The translations under genes were made by a program, and so were the position numbers. DNA of 64,000 nt from an uncultured Gammaproteobacteria bacterium (GTDB lineage Bacteria > Patescibacteriota > Microgenomatia > Woykebacterales > RBG-16-39-9b). The notes under the pieces were generated by a model, which worked only from the letters and a program-made list of their open reading frames with translations, was not told where the DNA came from and ran no database searches. This document shows, piece after piece, positions 9,009 to 18,913 of the stretch. Location of the stretch: positions 346,907 through 410,906 of the forward strand of contig CAYHXX010000001.1 in assembly GCA_964360785.1 (NCBI GenBank), in the 5' to 3' direction. Each line of letters starts with the position of its first letter. The stretch's first letter is position 1.

Positions 9009-9560
9009 ATGGAAAATGTATCTTTGGTAGCACGGGTTGAGGTGAACCCAATCCTGAGTTGTGAAGACATCAAAGCCTTCTGGCAAACTTACGATGAATC
9101 CTTCACACCTATAAGGGATCGGAATCCCTGTCGACAGCACTTCCATCGAGAAGAGTTCGTCACAGCAATGAAGGACCCCGAGTTCATCAAATTGATCGGA
9201 TACGAGGAAAACCGTATGGTCTTCTTCGCTATGGGTACAGAAAATCTCGACAAGATCCCTTGGATCTACAGAGAATTCTACGACAAGACGCTACCCATGT
9301 ACGTCAACAGCAGGTTCTATGTCCCTGCAATTTACATCCCGCTGACCCAACAGGGACTCGGGTACTCCGATCAACTCTGCCGTTCGATACAGTCATACAT
9401 GCGGAGCAAGGGTCTGCAGTTGGTTCTATTTGACCACGGTTCAGCACCGCCAAACTCCGAGCTCGTTCGAATTATTCTGCGGGTTTCGGGAACTGAATTA
9501 GTCGATGGAAAACCAATCGGATCCCAGCTCTACAACGCTGTTCTAACGACTTTGGAATAG
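9009..9560 (+). CDS. Hypothetical protein (GC-rich insert)
   Basis: ORF co-directional with 8460..8993 and equally GC-rich. Confidence 0.4.
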   Translation: MENVSLVARVEVNPILSCEDIKAFWQTYDESFTPIRDRNPCRQHFHREEFVTAMKDPEFIKLIGYEENRMVFFAMGTENLDKIPWIYREFYDKTLPMYVNSRFYVPAIYIPLTQQGLGYSDQLCRSIQSYMRSKGLQLVLFDHGSAPPNSELVRIILRVSGTELVDGKPIGSQLYNAVLTTLE

Positions 9561-9671
9561 GGGTGTAATCAAAGGAGAAGTTAGTCAAAACCAAGAACTA
9601 AGGAGTGAGACGCCCCCTCACTCCTTCTTCAACCTTGTTTGCCTAAGAAAATGGTGGTAATCTAAATTAAA

Positions 9672-11930
9672 ATGCCTATAAGCACTCTAGCGTCGATAAC
9701 CACCTTTATTGTTTCCATCTTCCTTGGACTATTCATAATTTATAGAGATCCAAAAAAGTTAACTAATGTAACATTTGGAGCTTTCACAATTTGTGTGGCA
9801 TTTTGGGTGATTACTAATTTCTTTACAGACATAGCCAAAACAACAGATGTAGCCACTTTCTGGGCAAGAATGACATTAGCTGCTCCAGCCCTCATGCCCT
9901 TTCTTTTGTTAATGTTCTCTAAGGTTTTCCCTAGGCAAGAGGCTACCCTAAATAAAGGTTTCTGGTTTTTACTCCTTACCCCAGGTCTTATCACTTTAGT
10001 ACTCACCCCAACAGTATTAAACATTGAAAAAGTAAGCTTTACAGCCACTGGACAAGAACTTGTTGTTGGCCCCTTATATACACCCTTTTTCATTTATTTT
10101 GCCATATATTTAATTGGTACATTCATTAATCTATTTAAAAAGTTTAAAAGATCAACTTCTTTGGAAAAACTGCAAATCCAATATCTTATTTTCGGGTTGG
10201 TAACAGCTTCAATCTTCGCCTTGCTATTAAACGTAATTCTACCTATATTTGGATTATCCAACCTGGTAAGTTTGGGTGCTTTTTCCTCTGTCTTCATTGT
10301 TGGATCAACAGCTTATGCAATAGTGAAGCATAGATTACTTGATATCAGACTAGTTGTCGCTAGAACGGTAGCTTATTCATTATTGCTAGTTATACTTTCT
10401 GTTTTCTACATAGGTTCTACAGTTCTTCTTACAAACTTTCTGTTCAAAACAACTACATCTAGTGCCCAACTATTGCTCTACTCTGCCCTCACATTAGTTG
10501 TTGCCTTTACTTTTCAACCTTTGCGCTCATTCCTTGAAAAATCTACTGACAAAGTATTTTTTAAAGGTGATTATGATTTTAATAATTTACTTTCCCAACT
10601 CACAAAAATCATTGCTGAAACAATATTGATTGATGATATCGCCAATAGACTACTGACAAAACTTCTAGCAGACATGCGTATTACTCGAGGAGCATTTGTT
10701 CTAACAGATCAAGGTAAGATTTTCGTTTCCGAGACTCAAGGTTACAAAGAAGAACCGAAGTTTTCCGAAAAAGATGTTTTTAGCTTACAAGCTCTCGATA
10801 AGAATCTGATCTTCGAGGAGCTAGAAGAGGGTTCTGGTAAAGAGTTGATGCGGAAGCTGAATGTTACCGCAGTAATCCCTTTGAAAACCCAAGTTGACCA
10901 TGTTGGGCTTTTGTTGCTTGGAGAAAAAGCTTCGGGAGAGATTTACTCCGCCAAAGACATCAAGGTCCTGGAAATTTTCTCGCCTGAGGCAGCTATTTCT
11001 TTTGAAAATGCCAAAAGTGTTGAAAAAATCCGCCGCTTCAACATTACTCTTAAAGAACAGGTCGATCGAGCCACTCGCGAGCTGCGGAGCGCCAATGAAC
11101 AGCTCAAAGACCTGGATCGGCTCAAGGATGAGTTCCTTTCGATTGCCAGCCATGACCTGCGTACCCCAATGACCGCGATCAAGGGCTATCTCTGGATGGC
11201 AATCAATGGTCGAGCTGGAAAAATCGAGAACCAAGCCCTCAAGCGCTATCTCGATATCTCTTACTCCAGTGCTGAGCGTATGATCCAACTGATCAATGAT
11301 CTGCTCAATGTCTCGCGTATCAAAGCCGGGCGAGTCCAGATGATCTTTGAAGAGATCGATATCAAGACAATAATAGACCAGGTTTTTGCCGAGATTATGT
11401 CCAAAGTTACTGAGAAAAATATCTTGCTAAAATATGAAGGTTCTGCCAACCTTCCCAAACTTATCCTCGACAAGCAACGGTTCCCAGAAATATTGCAAAA
11501 CTTGATCGGCAACGCGCTTAAGTTTACCCCTGAGAAAGGCAAAATCACGGTCACTGCCAAAAGGTCAAAGGAAGAAGGTTTCATCGAGGTTGCAGTAACT
11601 GATACTGGAGTTGGGCTCTCCAAGGAAGATGCCGGTAAGCTTTTTGAAAAATACGGCCGTATTGAAACTTCCTACACCAAAGCCAAGGAAAGTGGTGGTA
11701 CTGGTCTAGGATTGTACATCACCAAAACCTATGTGGAACTTCATGGTGGCAAGATCTGGGTTGAGAGTGAAGAAGGCAAAGGTACGAGCTTTATCTTCAC
11801 TCTTCATGTGGCAGACCCCGAAATGATCAAAAAAATGAATTCCGATACCCAGCCAAAACAAGTTGCTCCAAACGTACCACAAACAAACAACAGCACTGTC
11901 AAAGAAATGGTTACCTCTTCCACCACATGA
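9672..11930 (+). CDS. Sensor histidine kinase with polytopic membrane N-domain
   Basis: HisKA H-box FLSIASHDLRTPMTAIKGY. HATPase_c motifs (NLIGNALKFT, DTGVGL, GGTGLGL). Confidence 0.8.
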   Translation: MPISTLASITTFIVSIFLGLFIIYRDPKKLTNVTFGAFTICVAFWVITNFFTDIAKTTDVATFWARMTLAAPALMPFLLLMFSKVFPRQEATLNKGFWFLLLTPGLITLVLTPTVLNIEKVSFTATGQELVVGPLYTPFFIYFAIYLIGTFINLFKKFKRSTSLEKLQIQYLIFGLVTASIFALLLNVILPIFGLSNLVSLGAFSSVFIVGSTAYAIVKHRLLDIRLVVARTVAYSLLLVILSVFYIGSTVLLTNFLFKTTTSSAQLLLYSALTLVVAFTFQPLRSFLEKSTDKVFFKGDYDFNNLLSQLTKIIAETILIDDIANRLLTKLLADMRITRGAFVLTDQGKIFVSETQGYKEEPKFSEKDVFSLQALDKNLIFEELEEGSGKELMRKLNVTAVIPLKTQVDHVGLLLLGEKASGEIYSAKDIKVLEIFSPEAAISFENAKSVEKIRRFNITLKEQVDRATRELRSANEQLKDLDRLKDEFLSIASHDLRTPMTAIKGYLWMAINGRAGKIENQALKRYLDISYSSAERMIQLINDLLNVSRIKAGRVQMIFEEIDIKTIIDQVFAEIMSKVTEKNILLKYEGSANLPKLILDKQRFPEILQNLIGNALKFTPEKGKITVTAKRSKEEGFIEVAVTDTGVGLSKEDAGKLFEKYGRIETSYTKAKESGGTGLGLYITKTYVELHGGKIWVESEEGKGTSFIFTLHVADPEMIKKMNSDTQPKQVAPNVPQTNNSTVKEMVTSSTT

Positions 11931-12211
11931 AAATCGCTTCAATAGACACAACTGTCGCCAAAATTGCCAAAGTCTCAATACTTGAAAACGCTATTTTGCT
12001 AACTTCCGCTGAGAAAGATTCCCCCTTAGTCGCTCTAAGAGAAGCACTGGGAAAATCAGGTCTAAAGCTCTCTGATATTGATAAATTTGAGTCCAACCCC
12101 GGCCCAGGGTCTTACACTGGTATCCGGGTCGGAGCAGCGGTCTGCAACAGCTTGAATTGGGTATTGGGAAAAGAGGCACAGTTGATCGAACCTATTTACG
12201 AAGGATCTTAA
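11927..12211 (+). CDS. tsaB: TsaB (YeaZ)-like N-terminal domain protein, truncated (94 aa)
   Basis: GPGSYTGIRVGAAV matches the TsaB GPGSFTGLRIG motif. Only about 94 aa. Confidence 0.5.
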   Translation: MKIASIDTTVAKIAKVSILENAILLTSAEKDSPLVALREALGKSGLKLSDIDKFESNPGPGSYTGIRVGAAVCNSLNWVLGKEAQLIEPIYEGS

Positions 12212-13047
12212 CCTCTTGCTAAAAGTAGCAGGATAACAACTCCCAACACTATTCTATAGATCACAAAGACATTGAAATTATTACTTCTTACGTAGGTGAG
12301 CAATACTTTGATTGCAAACCAGCCAGAAACTGCAGCTGATAGGAACCCTACTATAAAAACGCTGCTATTGCCCCCAAAGTGAGCGGTAATATCATAAAGT
12401 TTCAGTAAGCTTGCTCCGAGTATTGCTGGAGTCGAGAGCAGAAACGAAAATCTGGTCGCCGTCTCTCGATCCAAATTTCGAAACAAACCAGCGCTGATAG
12501 TGATACCACTACGGGAAACTCCGGGAAAGAGAGCTGCTGCTTGCGCAATCCCGACCAGAATCGAATCAACGAGATTGATACTGGTCTCGGAACGAGCCTT
12601 CTTACTCTGTTTGTCAATCCAATAAAGAAAAAGTCCAAAAATTATTAAGTTCGCTGCCACCAGCAAATTGCTTCGAAACGCACTTTCAATTGTTTTTTCT
12701 AAAACCAAACCGGCAAAAGCCGCAGGCACCGATCCGATACCCAGAAGAATTAACATTCTCGAGTTGGACTCTTTCCAGAGTGCTTTCCAACCTTTTGGTA
12801 AAGTCTTAAAGAAACTATTAAAAAGTTTTAGCCAATCTTTCCAGAAAAAGCCAACAACTGCTACAGTTGTCCCAAGATGCAAGGCAACATCAAAAGTCAG
12901 GCTGTTTACTAGACCCTCCCAACCCAAGACATTGGGAATGATTATTAAGTGCCCGGAAGAGGAGATCGGCAGAAATTCGCTCGCCCCCTGAACTATCCCC
13001 AGAACCAAAGCCTGAAAAATTTCAACATTAAACATAGGCGTACACAA
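12208..13047 (-). CDS. uppP: Undecaprenyl-diphosphatase UppP (BacA)
   Basis: GASEFLPISSSGHL and FPGVSRSGITISAG signature motifs. About 8 TM helices. Confidence 0.85.
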   Translation of the reverse strand: MCTPMFNVEIFQALVLGIVQGASEFLPISSSGHLIIIPNVLGWEGLVNSLTFDVALHLGTTVAVVGFFWKDWLKLFNSFFKTLPKGWKALWKESNSRMLILLGIGSVPAAFAGLVLEKTIESAFRSNLLVAANLIIFGLFLYWIDKQSKKARSETSINLVDSILVGIAQAAALFPGVSRSGITISAGLFRNLDRETATRFSFLLSTPAILGASLLKLYDITAHFGGNSSVFIVGFLSAAVSGWFAIKVLLTYVRSNNFNVFVIYRIVLGVVILLLLARG

Positions 13048-13672
13048 TTACATTATCGGTACTAAAACCACCTCGAACTAGCAAAATATCAGTTTTGTTA
13101 AAAATACCACCGATAAAATCAACATATTTATTAAGATTTTCTTTGTCTTTGAAAATCTTGTTGATCACCACAACAGCGTCTTTGGACAAAACTTGTTTTA
13201 CTTTTTTAAAAAATTGTTCCGATTCTGCCACCTTCGCAACATCGCCGTGCGCAAACAAATCGACCGCAACAAAATCATATTTATACCTGGTTTCTTTGAG
13301 AAAATCTTGTGCATCTTGATTGATCACATTAACATTCTTTTCTTTAAAATCCAAAAACTCTCGTCCTAGTTCTACCATCAAAGGGTCGATTTCAACCCCA
13401 TCGATAGAAATCAATCCAAACTTCTTGGTCAGAAGTTTTGCAATCGTGCCGCCGCCCAAGCCAAGTATCAATACACGAGCATCTTTCCCTAGGTCTGGAA
13501 TATTTCTCACGAACCCATCCCAGTAGGAACCTGTCATACCGTGTTTATTTAAAGTTCGTGATTGGGTATAGCCAGCAGCAACTAGCCTTCTTTCACCAAA
13601 GCTTTCAAAGACTCTAATTTCGCCGTTGTGTGGGCTAGTCCCGGAATATAGTGTCTTTGTGAATAAAGTCAC
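13028..13672 (-). CDS. Spermidine synthase-like class I SAM-dependent methyltransferase fold protein
   Basis: VLILGLGGGT Rossmann motif and VEIDP/DLF pattern typical of spermidine synthase-like enzymes. Confidence 0.55.
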   Translation of the reverse strand: MTLFTKTLYSGTSPHNGEIRVFESFGERRLVAAGYTQSRTLNKHGMTGSYWDGFVRNIPDLGKDARVLILGLGGGTIAKLLTKKFGLISIDGVEIDPLMVELGREFLDFKEKNVNVINQDAQDFLKETRYKYDFVAVDLFAHGDVAKVAESEQFFKKVKQVLSKDAVVVINKIFKDKENLNKYVDFIGGIFNKTDILLVRGGFSTDNVIVYAYV

Positions 13673-14897
13673 GCAGCGCCTCTGGTACCTTCACAGTACC
13701 ATCCTCTTGTTGATAATTTTCAAGTATTGCTATCAAAATACGACCAATTGCAAAAGCTGTTCCGTTGAGAATATGGACATAGTCCTTGCTTCCGTCTGCT
13801 CTCGCATACTTAATATTTAGTCGTTTAGATTGAAAATTGGTTGTTGTTGAGATTGAGTGAGTTTCGCGATATTTTTCTTGGGTTGGGATCCAAGTTTCGA
13901 TATCGATTGTTTCAGCTGAGGGAAAACCAAGGTCCCCAGCAGCGAGTTTGACCACTTGGTAGGGGAGGGACAGATCTTTCATCATATCTTCAACTATTTG
14001 TAGCATTTCCGCCCTGGTTTTTTCATCATCTTCTGGTTTGACGAAAGCAACCATTTCGAGCTTGTCAAACTGGTGTACTCGCAATACCCCTCGCGTATCT
14101 TTGCCGTAGGAGCCTGACTCGCGACGAAAACAGGGCGAGAAAGCAAGATATTTCTTTGGTAAATCTTTTTCCGCAAATACTTCACCTGAGTGCATTGGTA
14201 CAACGCTGTGCTCACCTGTCCCAACCAAATATAAATCTGTTTCTTGGTCACCACCATCGACTGAAGTATTTTTGACTGAGTAATAGTTCTCGTTGGCTCC
14301 AACTTGCCAATAACCCAAACCTTTAGTTATCTCTTGTTTGATCAGAGCCGGCGGAAAAATTGGCGTAAAACCGTTCTTTACCAGTTTGTTCACCGTAAAT
14401 TGAATTAAGGCTAGTTCCAGTAAAGCTCCATCTCCTTTGAGGTAGGCAAAACGCGCTCCCGAGACTTTGGCGGCTCGGGGAATATCAATAATATCAAGTT
14501 TATCACCGAGTTCTACATGAGAGAGCTGTTTGAAATTCTTCTTTGCAATGTCCCCTACTTTTCTCAACACAGCATTGTTACTTTCATCGCCTTCGGGAAC
14601 ACCAGGCAATGGTGGGTTTGGAATTTTGAAATACTCAGTTGCAAACTCCTCCTCGACTGCTTTCAGAGAATGCTCCAATTTTTCGAGTTTTTCTTTGATT
14701 TGCCTACCTGCTTCAATGTCACGCTTGTCTGCAGCGGCATTTTTCTGTGTACGAAACTCGTCGACTTCTTTAATCAACTTGTGGCGTTCGTCATCAACTT
14801 TGAGCAAATGGTCAAGGTTGTAGCCGGCAAAAGCTTTCCTTTTCAGCAGCTTTTCCACTTCTTCACGATTTTCACGGATTTGTTTAATGTCTATCAT
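13635..14897 (-). CDS. serS: Seryl-tRNA synthetase
   Basis: N-terminal coiled-coil MIDIKQIREN. Class II motifs (FRRESGSYGKDTRG, GTAFAIGR). Confidence 0.9.
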   Translation of the reverse strand: MIDIKQIRENREEVEKLLKRKAFAGYNLDHLLKVDDERHKLIKEVDEFRTQKNAAADKRDIEAGRQIKEKLEKLEHSLKAVEEEFATEYFKIPNPPLPGVPEGDESNNAVLRKVGDIAKKNFKQLSHVELGDKLDIIDIPRAAKVSGARFAYLKGDGALLELALIQFTVNKLVKNGFTPIFPPALIKQEITKGLGYWQVGANENYYSVKNTSVDGGDQETDLYLVGTGEHSVVPMHSGEVFAEKDLPKKYLAFSPCFRRESGSYGKDTRGVLRVHQFDKLEMVAFVKPEDDEKTRAEMLQIVEDMMKDLSLPYQVVKLAAGDLGFPSAETIDIETWIPTQEKYRETHSISTTTNFQSKRLNIKYARADGSKDYVHILNGTAFAIGRILIAILENYQQEDGTVKVPEALRDFIHKDTIFRD

Positions 14898-16408
14898 TGG
14901 TTAAGTTTCTTTTTTACCTCGTCAATTCCAACAGATTGCACTAAGGCTCCTGCTTTTGGTCCTTGATTCTTACCAAGCAGTGTTTGGTAAACCGCTTGGA
15001 AGGTTTCTGCTGGTTTTAACCCCAAGTCTTTGCCTTTATTATAGATAAAATTCTGTAGTTCGTCTTCTGACATTTGCTCATTTAGTTCCTGGGCGAGAAC
15101 TTTTAGCAACTCCTTTTGTTTTTCGTTCAATTCGACTTTTTCGTTTGCTTCTTCCTGACCAAACTTTTCGAGCCAAATCTTTACGTATTTAATTCTTAAT
15201 TTGACCGCGTCTTCATCAATCTTTAACAAGGCCCGTCCTTGCATTTTTTCAGCTTCTTTCAGAATATCGGCTTCGGATTTTAGATTTTTGACCAACTCCT
15301 TGATTAAATTAAAACGTAAGTTAAACTCTTCTTTGATCTCACCAATTTGTGCAGCTTCCCAAGTTTTGGCTAAATCCTCGTTATCTTTTGAAAAATATGC
15401 TTTCTGCCCTCGGTCAAACTCATCAAAAAGGTCGGGAATCGTATTACTTTGACTCGGGTCAAAATCAATTGCTCGCTGAAACGGTACCCGAGCAAAAAGG
15501 AAACGAAGAACCTCAGGCGGTAAAAGTTCGGCAACAGCTGCGGCCGAGGACCCAAGACCTTTGGATGAGCTCATTTTCTTGCCACCCAAAAGAATATGTT
15601 CGTAGGCAATGTCCTCCGGCGGCTCAATTTTGAAGATTTCCCGAGCAATATGATTGGCAACATCGCGCGTTCCACCTTTGGAGGCGTGATCTTTACCCTC
15701 ACCTTCAATAGTTACACCCAGGCTAAACCATTTGGCTGGCCACTCGACTTTGTACGGCATTTTTCCTGTCCCACCGAAAGGTGAGATTTTGCCTTCGTGA
15801 CCACAACCTTTTGCCCACTCGACCAAGTCTTCTTCGCAACTGTATTGGACTTCTTTACCATCCCAGTCAGTTGCGGTGGTGGTACCAATTTTTCCGCAAT
15901 TTTCACAAACTGGTTGAAAAGGCAACCAGCCTTTTTTCTTCTCCGACCCAGAAATTTCATGGTAAACTTTTTGGATTGCTTCCGCATTGTCCAATACTAT
16001 TTTTATAGCTTTATCTAATTTCCCACTTGTATAGAGTTGTGAACTCCAAATGATCTCTGGATGTGCACCCAAACTATTGAACACTTTGAGAAAATCACTA
16101 GCATAATACTCTGCATAAGAACCTTCTCCTTCGGGTGCTGGAAGATCCTTCAAAGGGAAGCCCATAAATTTTGAATATTTTTCTTGATCCAGGTAAACTG
16201 GCAACCCATCCATCGGATCAAAGTCGTCAAAATGGTAAGTGTAATTGGATTTAGTCCCTATGGACAAAAGAGATTTGTGGACAAAATCATGAATCAAAAC
16301 TCCGCGTAGAGACCCAACATGAACTTTTCCAGAAGGAGTTTTCGCGTCATTTACTAAATGAGAGGTTTTAGCCTTTAAATTTTTGGCAATGATATCAGCC
16401 CAAAACAT
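14894..16408 (-). CDS. Class I lysyl-tRNA synthetase (LysRS-I)
   Basis: HIGH-like HVGSLRG. KMSSSKG, the class I LysRS variant of KMSKS. Zinc-binding CENCGK. Confidence 0.55.
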   Translation of the reverse strand: MFWADIIAKNLKAKTSHLVNDAKTPSGKVHVGSLRGVLIHDFVHKSLLSIGTKSNYTYHFDDFDPMDGLPVYLDQEKYSKFMGFPLKDLPAPEGEGSYAEYYASDFLKVFNSLGAHPEIIWSSQLYTSGKLDKAIKIVLDNAEAIQKVYHEISGSEKKKGWLPFQPVCENCGKIGTTTATDWDGKEVQYSCEEDLVEWAKGCGHEGKISPFGGTGKMPYKVEWPAKWFSLGVTIEGEGKDHASKGGTRDVANHIAREIFKIEPPEDIAYEHILLGGKKMSSSKGLGSSAAAVAELLPPEVLRFLFARVPFQRAIDFDPSQSNTIPDLFDEFDRGQKAYFSKDNEDLAKTWEAAQIGEIKEEFNLRFNLIKELVKNLKSEADILKEAEKMQGRALLKIDEDAVKLRIKYVKIWLEKFGQEEANEKVELNEKQKELLKVLAQELNEQMSEDELQNFIYNKGKDLGLKPAETFQAVYQTLLGKNQGPKAGALVQSVGIDEVKKKLNQ

Positions 16409-16541
16409 GCTACCAGTATATATTGAAGTTCGTGGTTAGACAAGGGAAAAATAAGAGCGAGGTTTAATCCAGCAAACGAAAGTATTGAGAGTTATTTAAC
16501 TTAAAGGACTTTACTTTTGCGGAGCAAATGAAAGTATTGGA

Positions 16542-17033
16542 TTATTGAACTTCCAATACTTTATAAGTTGCTTGGATCTTGGAAGAAATTTGTACTTCGT
16601 CACCAACTTTTGAACCCAACAAGGCTTTCCCAACTGGGGAGTCTATCGAAATCTTACCTTCCATTGGATTGGCCTCGACGGAAGAAACAATAATGTATTC
16701 ATCAACGTCACTTCCTGATTGAACCTTAACCTTCGAGCCGATACCAACCTGGTTTTCACTTGATTTCTCGATCAATTTTGCATGGGTGAGGATTTCCTCA
16801 AGCTCCATGATGCGACCTTCGGTGAAACTCTGCTCGTCCCGTGCTGAGTCGTATTCTGAGTTTTCAGACAGATCACCAAACTCCCGAGCTTTGGCAATTT
16901 TTTCCGTCACCTCGTGGCGTTTTACACTAACCAAATCGTTATACTCTTCTTTTAGTCTTTTTAAACCCTCTTCTGTCAAAAGAACTTTTGGTTCTCTTTT
17001 TTCAATCGTTTCACTTTTGGCGGCTTTTTTCAC
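16542..17033 (-). CDS. greA: Transcription elongation factor GreA
   Basis: Full-length 163 aa with coiled-coil N-domain (LTEEGLKRLKEE, DLSENSEYD) and FKBP C-domain. Confidence 0.85.
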   Translation of the reverse strand: MKKAAKSETIEKREPKVLLTEEGLKRLKEEYNDLVSVKRHEVTEKIAKAREFGDLSENSEYDSARDEQSFTEGRIMELEEILTHAKLIEKSSENQVGIGSKVKVQSGSDVDEYIIVSSVEANPMEGKISIDSPVGKALLGSKVGDEVQISSKIQATYKVLEVQ

Positions 17034-17244
17034 CTTATTTTTCCTTCTCGAGCAGAATCAATTCTAAAGACTGTCCATAAAACGCAAAATCCCCTTGTCG
17101 GGGACTTCATTTGGGCTCAGACGGAGCTTCGATACTCAAACCCGAGCGTTACTGCTTTGTAACGACAAAATATAGCAGAAAGATAAAAATATGTCAACGG
17201 TATATGTGACGAAAATCACAAAAATATGGGTACTGAATTCACTC

Positions 17245-17964
17245 TTAAACAACTGGGTTCAGCGAGTAAATCATGTAGAAACCAAGTAGAAGTAAGAACA
17301 GCCCGATCCCGAGTCTCATCAACCCACGGTGTTCTTTTCGCCAGCCCTCCAGGGTCTCAGACGAAGCTCCAAAGTAAGCAATACCGATGATGATAAAGAG
17401 CGGGATTATGAAAATGAAGTTGTAAAGCAGTAACAACGGTACCGCTGTTGCAAAAGCGCCCTTTGATAGGAGTCCTAGGATCGCTAGATAGGGAGCACCG
17501 GTGCAAGGAAGTTCTACCAAAACCACAAAGACACCGAGAGCAGCGGTCATCAAGACTAGCAACGCCGGATGACTTTGCTCCATCTTTTCGATTTTACTGG
17601 TGTAAAGTTTTATTCTCTCACTCCCACCAGGAATTATCTGCAAGGAAGGGCCTTTTCCGTACCAAAAGTAATCTTTTATTTCAAGTAGCCCAGCAAGAAT
17701 TGCTACCAATGCTGCTACCCAGTAAAAAGCGGTTGCAATGTTTGCATTAAGAGCTAATTTCAGAATTCCAAAACCCAATAGTAGATAAGTTGCATAAACT
17801 ACTGCTGAATAGAGCAAACCACCAAGAAGCATCTTGTTTGGGCTTTTGAAAACCTTGGTCATGAAGGCGATCAAGAAAATTAAAACTCCAAAAACACAAG
17901 GGTTGATACTATCAACCACAGCCGCAACGATAACCAAAGGTAGTGTAAGTTCTTGACCACCCAT
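17245..17964 (-). CDS. ccdA: Cytochrome c-type biogenesis/disulfide reductant transfer protein CcdA (DsbD TM domain)
   Basis: INPCVFGVL and LPCTGAP conserved Cys motifs. 6 TM helices. Confidence 0.75.
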   Translation of the reverse strand: MGGQELTLPLVIVAAVVDSINPCVFGVLIFLIAFMTKVFKSPNKMLLGGLLYSAVVYATYLLLGFGILKLALNANIATAFYWVAALVAILAGLLEIKDYFWYGKGPSLQIIPGGSERIKLYTSKIEKMEQSHPALLVLMTAALGVFVVLVELPCTGAPYLAILGLLSKGAFATAVPLLLLYNFIFIIPLFIIIGIAYFGASSETLEGWRKEHRGLMRLGIGLFLLLLGFYMIYSLNPVV

Positions 17965-17965
17965 A

Positions 17966-18808
17966 TTATTCCTCCAATTTTTCGACTGGGACTCCAGCCC
18001 ACTTTGCTAAATCCGGAAGTTTTTGAACACCTTCAATCTTCTTTATTACTTCACCATCCTTTTCGATCAAAAAAGTTGGTGTGTGTTCAATCCCACGGTC
18101 CAGACACAACTGTGGATTGCCGTTTGGACCTTTAGGGTGGCATTCCACACTATTGAGTTTTTTGTACGCTGGACCAATCATTTGCTCTTGCTTCTTGCAG
18201 TTACTACAAGTGTAGGACTTGTAATAAACTAGTCCTTTTTCGTTGAGTGCTTCTACAAAGGGTGTGTAGTCTTTCTTGGCTACAATACTAGTCTGAGCAA
18301 AGTAAGTCACTCCAGCAACCACTACCCCAGCGATGATAACAGGCATGGCCATCCGGAAAACAACAGTGAACTTCTCCTTCATCGCAAAAAACGAAGTCAC
18401 AGCAATAAGAATCATCAAGATCTTGCTAGTCTCACACAGGATACAGAAAGCTTTGATAACAAAAGCTTCAAGAGCCGTAAAATAATACGATGGGATCAAA
18501 ACAAAGACAGTCAGATAAAAGATCGTCTGATAAAAAGCTTTGGTTCTTTGGAAAATAGCTAGCAAGAAAGTTAAACCAAAATACCCCAAACCCATTATCG
18601 ATATTGGAATTCCGAAAATTTCAGAATATATGCTAGTAGTGACTGCATCGCAGGAAAGTTTTTCGTTGATGTCACACACTGAAGATGCTTCGGCGAAATG
18701 GATATATGTGAGATACACCATTATCCCAAAACCAACCAGAGAAAGTATTGAAATTAGAAGTCTTGGAAATTTTGTGAGAGATTCTTTTTTTGTCTCGTCC
18801 GAACTCAT
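17966..18808 (-). CDS. Vitamin K epoxide reductase (VKOR) fused to thioredoxin-like domain
   Basis: VKOR TM core with CDINEKLSCD and CILCE Cys pairs. C-terminal Trx-like CSNC motif. Confidence 0.7.
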   Translation of the reverse strand: MSSDETKKESLTKFPRLLISILSLVGFGIMVYLTYIHFAEASSVCDINEKLSCDAVTTSIYSEIFGIPISIMGLGYFGLTFLLAIFQRTKAFYQTIFYLTVFVLIPSYYFTALEAFVIKAFCILCETSKILMILIAVTSFFAMKEKFTVVFRMAMPVIIAGVVVAGVTYFAQTSIVAKKDYTPFVEALNEKGLVYYKSYTCSNCKKQEQMIGPAYKKLNSVECHPKGPNGNPQLCLDRGIEHTPTFLIEKDGEVIKKIEGVQKLPDLAKWAGVPVEKLEE

Positions 18809-18913
18809 TTTGGCAAGGTGATTTGATAATTTACTCTAGTTTAATTATAGGTTTCCAATAAACTTTCTGTCAACTGTTCTTTAGTCGAAACCCTTGTAGG
18901 AGCCTACTAACAT

